A program made the translations under genes and the position numbers. Below, in pieces: positions 58,618 through 64,000 of a DNA stretch of 64,000 bases. Origin of the DNA: an uncultured Gemmatimonadales bacterium (GTDB lineage: Bacteria; Gemmatimonadota; Gemmatimonadetes; Gemmatimonadales; Gemmatimonadaceae); NCBI GenBank assembly GCA_963701965.1, contig OY969695.1, positions 2,144,001 through 2,208,000 of the forward strand, read 5' to 3'. Under the pieces are notes generated by a model. It saw only the letters and a program-made list of their open reading frames with translations, did no database searches and was not told where the DNA came from. How positions within the stretch are numbered: position 1 is the stretch's first letter; every line of letters starts with the position of its first letter.

Positions 58618-60133
58618 ATGTCCTACCGACGCATGCTCCTCGCGATGGCCTCCTGGCTGCCCCTGATGTTCGGCAGCACCGCCAGCGCGCAAATACTGTC
58701 GTGGGGTGTCGACGAATTCCGCGCGCCTCCCGACCCCCATTGGGCGGTGACCACGGCGCGCGACGTGGACGCGGCCTACGCGCTGCTGCGCGACAACCAC
58801 CCGGGCGCCGCACCCGAGGCACACGACCTCGACTTTCAGCGTCGCTTGGCACACGGACACCGCGTGGCCCTGACGCGCGCCCGGACGGTCACGTCGTACC
58901 TGGGCTACATGGCCGTCCTCGCCGGCTTCGCGACCGCAATGGGCGATAAACACATTCTGGAGTCGCCCGACTTTCGTGGTCAACCTCCCGCGCTGGCCGC
59001 AGATTATCGTCAGCCGGCGCGGCAACACCTGGGTCGTGACCGACGCCGATCCGCCGAGCACTGCGCTCCTCGGCGCGGTCTTGGACAGCTGCAATGGTCA
59101 AGGCGTCGAGGCTCTGGCGCGGAAAAATGTGGGCGGGTTTCGCGCCGACTGGGACATCGGGGCGCAGCAAGCCCAGTTCGGCCCATGGCTACTCGTGGAC
59201 GAAGGGAACCCCTTTATCACGCGTCCCACGAGTTGCGTGTTCGACACGAACGGCCAACGCCAAACGATCACGCTCGATTGGGTCCGTATCAAGCGCGATA
59301 AGCTCCTGCCACGCCTGACGAAGGCGGGCGGGGCCGGGCAGGCCGGCTTCGGCATTCGCCAGGTCGGGAGTGGCTACTGGATCGCGCTGCAAGACTTGAT
59401 AAGCGCGCGAGCCGAGGACGTCACGAAAGCCGTCGAGCAACAGAAGGAGATGCTGCGGAGTGCGCCATTCGTCGTGCTCAATGTGCGGGGCAACGGCGGC
59501 GGCTCATCCCTGCTGGGGCGAGAGATCGCGGCCTCATTGTTCGGCGCGCCCTACGTCGAGGCGCGGCTCGGCTCGGTCACGTCGAGCTCATGTGGCGGTC
59601 CCAATGGCGCGTGGCGCGTCAGTCCGGGCAACATCAAGGACCAAGAGTACCTGCTCGGCTCACCGGATTTCATGCGCCTGGGAGGCCCGGAGGTGCGGCA
59701 GGTCCTGGAGACGACGCTGCACAATCTGCGCGATGCGCGCGCGCACGGTCGGGCGTTTTCCGGGCCCACTCACTGCGCGGACGCTGCGCCTCAGTCCACC
59801 GGAACCGCCGCGCCGCCATCCGAGATGAAAGGCCGTCTCGTGTTGGTCACGGACAACCTGTGCTTCAGCTCGTGTCTCTCGGTGACGGACGATTTCCGGC
59901 AACTGGGCGCGTTCCACATCGGGCAGACGACGGACGCCGCGACGCACTATGTGGACGTTCGCGAACAGTACCTGCCCTCCGGCAATTCCCTGTTCTCGAC
60001 GCTCCAATCGCTCGATCCCAGCTCGCCGCTCGAAGTTGGCCCGTTCAAGCCGGCGTTGATGTACGATGGCGACATCGCGGACACCCCGACGCTAGAGAAG
60101 TGGGTCACTGATAGTGCCCTGATCCGCAAATAA
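58618..60133 (+). CDS. S41 family peptidase-like secreted protein, +1 frameshift near 58956
   Basis: Signal peptide, DNHPG, GDKH, NVRGNGGG, CFSSC, GQTT; removing one T joins both ORFs. Confidence 0.75.
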
Positions 60134-60258
60134 CTCGGCCGTCAAGAGTTTCGTCGCGTCGGTCATGGTGTGATGGGAATCGGTGTCAACAATCTGTCAC
60201 CGCTGCGTGTTGAGGGCGAGGGTGTATGCTCCAGGGTCCACGAACTGGAGAGCCCGCC

Positions 60259-61236
60259 ATGCGCCGGCTTGTCGTAGTCCTCGTTGGGATACTCGCCTGC
60301 AGCGCTCCGACGACCCCGAACGAAGCCCTGACGGGTCTGCGGGTCCGCCCCAGCAACTCGACGATCCTCGTTGGCCAATCGGTGACCTTGAGCGCCGCCA
60401 CGGTCGACGCGTTGGGCGATTCGATTGGCGTCGCCAGCGTGACGTGGAAGTCGGGCGCGCCATCGGTGGTATCGGTCTCGGGCGCCGGCGTGGCGACCGG
60501 CCGCGCCGCCGGCGTGGCAACGGTCATCGCCACCACGACGAAAGGAGCCACAGACTCGGCGACGATCATCGTCAACGCCTCCGGCTGCGCCAACTTGCTG
60601 CGATCGCCGCAGTTGCACGGACAGGTCGACTTCTCGTACCGGTATACCACCACGTTGGACAGCGTCAAGTACGAGATGCATGACGTTACCGCCACGGACT
60701 TCGTCGTCGACTCGAGCGGGGGCGTCGACGCCACCGGCCACCGACTGTGGATGGGACCCGACACTGGCTCAGCGGTCATCGAGGATGTGCGCACCGACCT
60801 TCGGACCGGCCAAGTGAAAAAGATCGACGGCGATGGGGGACTCGTCGTCTCCGGCATCAATCTGTCCCACGTGGTCGTGTCGATCGATACGGCGTCGTGC
60901 GCGTACACGATCGAAGCCGTGCCGTACGTCGATCTCAAGGAGACGCCGCAGCCCGGTGACCTCGGCCCGTCGTGGTTCGGCTGGGTGCGTACGCCGCCGA
61001 CCCCGATCGACACGGCCGTGCCGCGGGACACGAGTGAGTTTCCGCTCGACACCGGCACCGTGGAGGCGACACTGGCCGTGCATTCGGCGAACTGGCTGGG
61101 GGCCAACTACTTCAGCGCCAATGGGTGGTATGTCCCATTGGGCTTCTCGACCGACTACTTCTCCGCCGGCGCGCCGGACGATGGATCGGCCGGCACTGCG
61201 ACCGTCCGATACTTCCTGAGAAAAGGCGGCGAATGA
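60259..61236 (+). CDS. Lipoprotein with Ig-like (Big_2) domain
   Basis: GGAG RBS, lipobox LAC, VTWKSGAPSVVSVSGAGVATG. Confidence 0.8.
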   Translation: MRRLVVVLVGILACSAPTTPNEALTGLRVRPSNSTILVGQSVTLSAATVDALGDSIGVASVTWKSGAPSVVSVSGAGVATGRAAGVATVIATTTKGATDSATIIVNASGCANLLRSPQLHGQVDFSYRYTTTLDSVKYEMHDVTATDFVVDSSGGVDATGHRLWMGPDTGSAVIEDVRTDLRTGQVKKIDGDGGLVVSGINLSHVVVSIDTASCAYTIEAVPYVDLKETPQPGDLGPSWFGWVRTPPTPIDTAVPRDTSEFPLDTGTVEATLAVHSANWLGANYFSANGWYVPLGFSTDYFSAGAPDDGSAGTATVRYFLRKGGE

Positions 61237-61242
61237 CGCACC

Positions 61243-61356
61243 TCAGCGCGGCGGCTCAGCAAGCGCAGCGATGATCCCCTCAGGACCACGGACGTAACAC
61301 AGCCGATAGCTGTTCTCGTACTGCGCCACCTCGCCCACGAGCGTGGCGCCGTGGCC
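61243..61356 (-). pseudogene. C-terminal remnant of a VOC/glyoxalase family gene
   Basis: HGATLVGEVAQYENSYRLCYVRGPEGIIAALAE; upstream sequence is unrelated. Confidence 0.7.
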
Positions 61357-61598
61357 ATGTCCATTCGTCGGATCGTCAAGTCGCCTCGATCTGCATTCTA
61401 GAGGCCAAACGGACTGTGAAGTCGGCGAGTTCGCGTGTATCCCGTCACTCGGCACGCATCGTGCTTTGTTACGCGAAGTAGCGTGTCGGCCCGCCCTTTG
61501 CGGCCGCACCAGAGCCGACCCCTGATGGCTCGAACCGACGCGTCCCGGACCCGTGACGCGTGCAGCGAAAACCAAAGCATGAGATGAGGAGGACGCGC

Positions 61599-62651
61599 AT
61601 GCGTGACATCCACTGGATTCGCTCGGCGTTGCTCATCGTGGGGCTCCTCGCCCCACCGATGGTTGTAACGGCACAAGTCTCGGTCTCGATCACGGTCGGT
61701 CCACCCGCACTGCCGGAGTACGAGCAACCCCCGATGCCCGCGGAAGGGTACTTGTGGGCGCCCGGTTACTGGGCATACGGCGACGGCGGTTACTACTGGG
61801 TACCCGGTACGTGGGTACTCGTGCCGCAGCCCGGGTTGCTGTGGACGCCGGGTTACTGGGAAAACACCGGCGGTAACTTCGTCTGGCACGATGGGTATTG
61901 GGCATCGCACGTCGGCTACTACGGCGGCATCAACTACGGATACGGCTACGGCGGCGGCGGATATGAGGGCGGGTATTGGAATAACGGCGCGCTGTATTAC
62001 AACCGTTCGGTGAACAACATCAGCAACACCACGAATGTCACCAACGTCTACAACAAGACCGTCATCGTCAACAACACCACCGTCACGCACGTGAGTTACA
62101 ACGGCGGTCAAGGCGGTACGACGGCGCGGCCGAGTGCCGAGGAACTGGCGGCGAATCGTGAACACCACATGGGGCCGACGTCCGAGCAAACGCAGCATCG
62201 GCAAGCGGCCAGTTCCGACCGTGCGCAATTCGCATCCGCGAATCACGGCCGGCCCGCGGTGGTCGCGACGCCGAAACCCGGGGAGATGAGCGGCCGCGGC
62301 GACAGCCACGGGACGGCTCCCAACCACACGGAGGCGGGCGGCGACGTCTCGACCAAGCCATCGACGCCGGCGCCACCGAAGCCCGATCATCCGCAACCAG
62401 CCGCTCCGGCGCCGCATCCCACTGCTCCACCGCCGTCCAAGCCTGCGCCTCAACCCGAGGCCAAGCCCGAGGCCAAGCCCGAAGCCAAGCCCGAAGCCAA
62501 GCCCGAAGCCAAGCCCGAAGCCAAGCCCGAAGCCAAGCCTGAGACCAAACCCGAGGGGAAGCCAGCGCCTGAACACAAGCCGGAAAACAAGCCGGCGCCT
62601 AAGGACAAGCCGAAACCCGAGGGTCCGCCCAACTCCGTAGAAGCGCGTTAG
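61599..62651 (+). CDS. Secreted YXWGXW-repeat protein with Pro/Glu/Lys-rich tail
   Basis: GAGGAGG RBS, signal peptide, YLWAPGYW, YYWVPGTW, LWTPGYW, FVWHDGYW. Confidence 0.88.
   Translation: MRDIHWIRSALLIVGLLAPPMVVTAQVSVSITVGPPALPEYEQPPMPAEGYLWAPGYWAYGDGGYYWVPGTWVLVPQPGLLWTPGYWENTGGNFVWHDGYWASHVGYYGGINYGYGYGGGGYEGGYWNNGALYYNRSVNNISNTTNVTNVYNKTVIVNNTTVTHVSYNGGQGGTTARPSAEELAANREHHMGPTSEQTQHRQAASSDRAQFASANHGRPAVVATPKPGEMSGRGDSHGTAPNHTEAGGDVSTKPSTPAPPKPDHPQPAAPAPHPTAPPPSKPAPQPEAKPEAKPEAKPEAKPEAKPEAKPEAKPETKPEGKPAPEHKPENKPAPKDKPKPEGPPNSVEAR
62454..62561 (+). repeat. 12-bp coding tandem repeat: (PEAK)x7, PETK, PEGK
   Basis: CCCGARGCCAAG units read directly. Confidence 0.92.
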
Positions 62652-62745
62652 CGCGCTTGCGGCGCCGAGCCGGCCCGGCGAGTTGGCAGAACATGACCCT
62701 TCTCTAGTCATTGCTGCCAACTCGATCGGGCCCTAACGTCGGTGC

Positions 62746-64000
62746 ATGAAACAGATCATCGTGTTGGCGGCGCTCGCTGCCCTCCTCGGCAACGCGCCGA
62801 ACGTCCACGCGCAGGTGACCGCGATCCGGTTCGGCCGCCTGATCGACGCCCAAGGGCAGGTACACCGCGACGCCGTGGTCGTCGTCGAGGGCGACCGCGT
62901 GGTCAAAATCGGCACCGGGGAGGCCGCCATCCCGGCCGGCGCGACCGTCGTGGATCTGGGACGCTACACCGGCCTCCCGGGCCTCATCGACGTGCACACG
63001 CACATGACGTTCTACTGGGACCGCGCCCCGGGCACGCGTCCGTGGACGCAACTGGGCACGCTCGGCCCGGCGGTCACGGTGTTTCTGGCGCAGGAGAACG
63101 CCCGGAAGACCCTGGAGACCGGAGTCACGAGCGTCCGCGATCTGGGATCGTCGGACTACTCCGATCTCGCCATGCGCGATCTCATCAATCGCGGCGCCAT
63201 GGTAGGGCCCCGCATGTTCGTGGCCGGCTATGGCCTGCACGTGAGTACGACGCCCGTGCGACCCGGGGCCAGCGCCACACCGGATCCCGGGACGGCCGAC
63301 GGCGTGGCCGAAGTGCAGCGCGTCGCGCGACAGCAGGTCGCGGCCGGCGTCGACTGGATCAAGATGTACGGGTCCAGTGGCAGTGACAAAGACACGTCCG
63401 GATATCAGACCTTCACCTATGAGGAGATGAAGGCCGCCGCGGACGTCGCCCACCAGGCGGGCAAGCGCATCGCGATCCATTCCTACGGGCCGGACGGCGC
63501 CCGCGCCGCGGTGCGGGCCGGCGCCGAGTCGGTGGAACACGCGACGGACATGGACGATTCGACGCTCACCGAGATGGCGCGGCGGGGCACCGTCTACGTA
63601 CCCACGATCGACCACAATCGCTACTACATCGCCCACAAGGACGAATACGGATACACATCAGCCGACTCGGCCGGCCTCGATGTGTATATGCGCCGCAACA
63701 TGGCCACGTTGCGGCGCGCCCTGCGACTGCACGTCAAAATCGCCATGGGCTCGGACGCGGTCTTCACGGGTTTCGGGGAGAACACGCGGGAGCTCGATCG
63801 GTTCGTGGAAGCCGGCATGACGCCCGCGCAAGCCATCGCGACCGCCACGACAACGGCCGCCGCGCTCCTGGGGAAGGAGAAGGAGCTGGGCGCGATCGCG
63901 CCCGGCTACTACGCCGACATCATTGCCGTGGATGGCGATCCCCTGGCGGATATCGGCGCCCTGACCCACGGCGTCCGCTGGGTCATGAAGGGAGGGCGTG
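62746..64000 (+). CDS. Secreted metal-dependent amidohydrolase (runs off window end)
   Basis: MKQIIVLAALAALL signal; PGLIDVHTH, GVTSVRDLG, DWIK, IHSYG, VEH, GSD, ADIIAVDGDPL. Confidence 0.9.
   Translation, partial: MKQIIVLAALAALLGNAPNVHAQVTAIRFGRLIDAQGQVHRDAVVVVEGDRVVKIGTGEAAIPAGATVVDLGRYTGLPGLIDVHTHMTFYWDRAPGTRPWTQLGTLGPAVTVFLAQENARKTLETGVTSVRDLGSSDYSDLAMRDLINRGAMVGPRMFVAGYGLHVSTTPVRPGASATPDPGTADGVAEVQRVARQQVAAGVDWIKMYGSSGSDKDTSGYQTFTYEEMKAAADVAHQAGKRIAIHSYGPDGARAAVRAGAESVEHATDMDDSTLTEMARRGTVYVPTIDHNRYYIAHKDEYGYTSADSAGLDVYMRRNMATLRRALRLHVKIAMGSDAVFTGFGENTRELDRFVEAGMTPAQAIATATTTAAALLGKEKELGAIAPGYYADIIAVDGDPLADIGALTHGVRWVMKGGR

Noticed and set aside
58081..59301. Apparent fusion of the DUF2268-like protease and S41 peptidase
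   Set aside because: Produced by indels near 58582-58592; correction gives a stop at 58616 and a new signal-peptide start at 58618.
62454..62561. Possible CRISPR array
   Set aside because: Contiguous 12-bp coding units with no spacers and no cas genes.

Overview
High-GC bacterial chromosomal window. The gene content (four ADOP-type duplicated ABC permeases with PadR, a Hanks kinase-PD40 propeller fusion, many secreted peptidases and hydrolases) suggests Gemmatimonadota or a similar soil lineage; this is inference. It is an accessory patchwork of about 60 genes in mixed orientation, including two sulfatases, a PQQ dehydrogenase, a subclass A2 beta-lactamase, NAD-formate dehydrogenase with LysR, a CheB/CheR/kinase fusion and several regulators with visible palindromic operators. 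I found no rRNA, tRNA, CRISPR array, transposase or integrase. Best finding: two ORFs split by the track (28124-28369 and 28379-28732) form one exported peroxiredoxin. Its in-frame UGA falls exactly at the peroxidatic TxxC position and is followed by a SECIS-like hairpin, so it is probably a selenoprotein. It lies convergent with a TlpA-like thioredoxin and CcdA, suggesting an extracytoplasmic seleno-peroxidase relay. Next to it is a putative nucleotidyltransferase toxin-antitoxin pair (wHTH/degenerate NTase fusion plus DUF6036-like) with a tandem TATAAT-bearing repeat. Other points: a Cys-less OhrR-like regulator opposite a perfect sigma70 promoter for a SOD-like lipoprotein, a MocR regulator lacking its PLP lysine, several orphan 3' gene stubs, and about 11 single-base indels that may be sequencing errors. 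All family calls come from motif recognition by eye; no searches were run.
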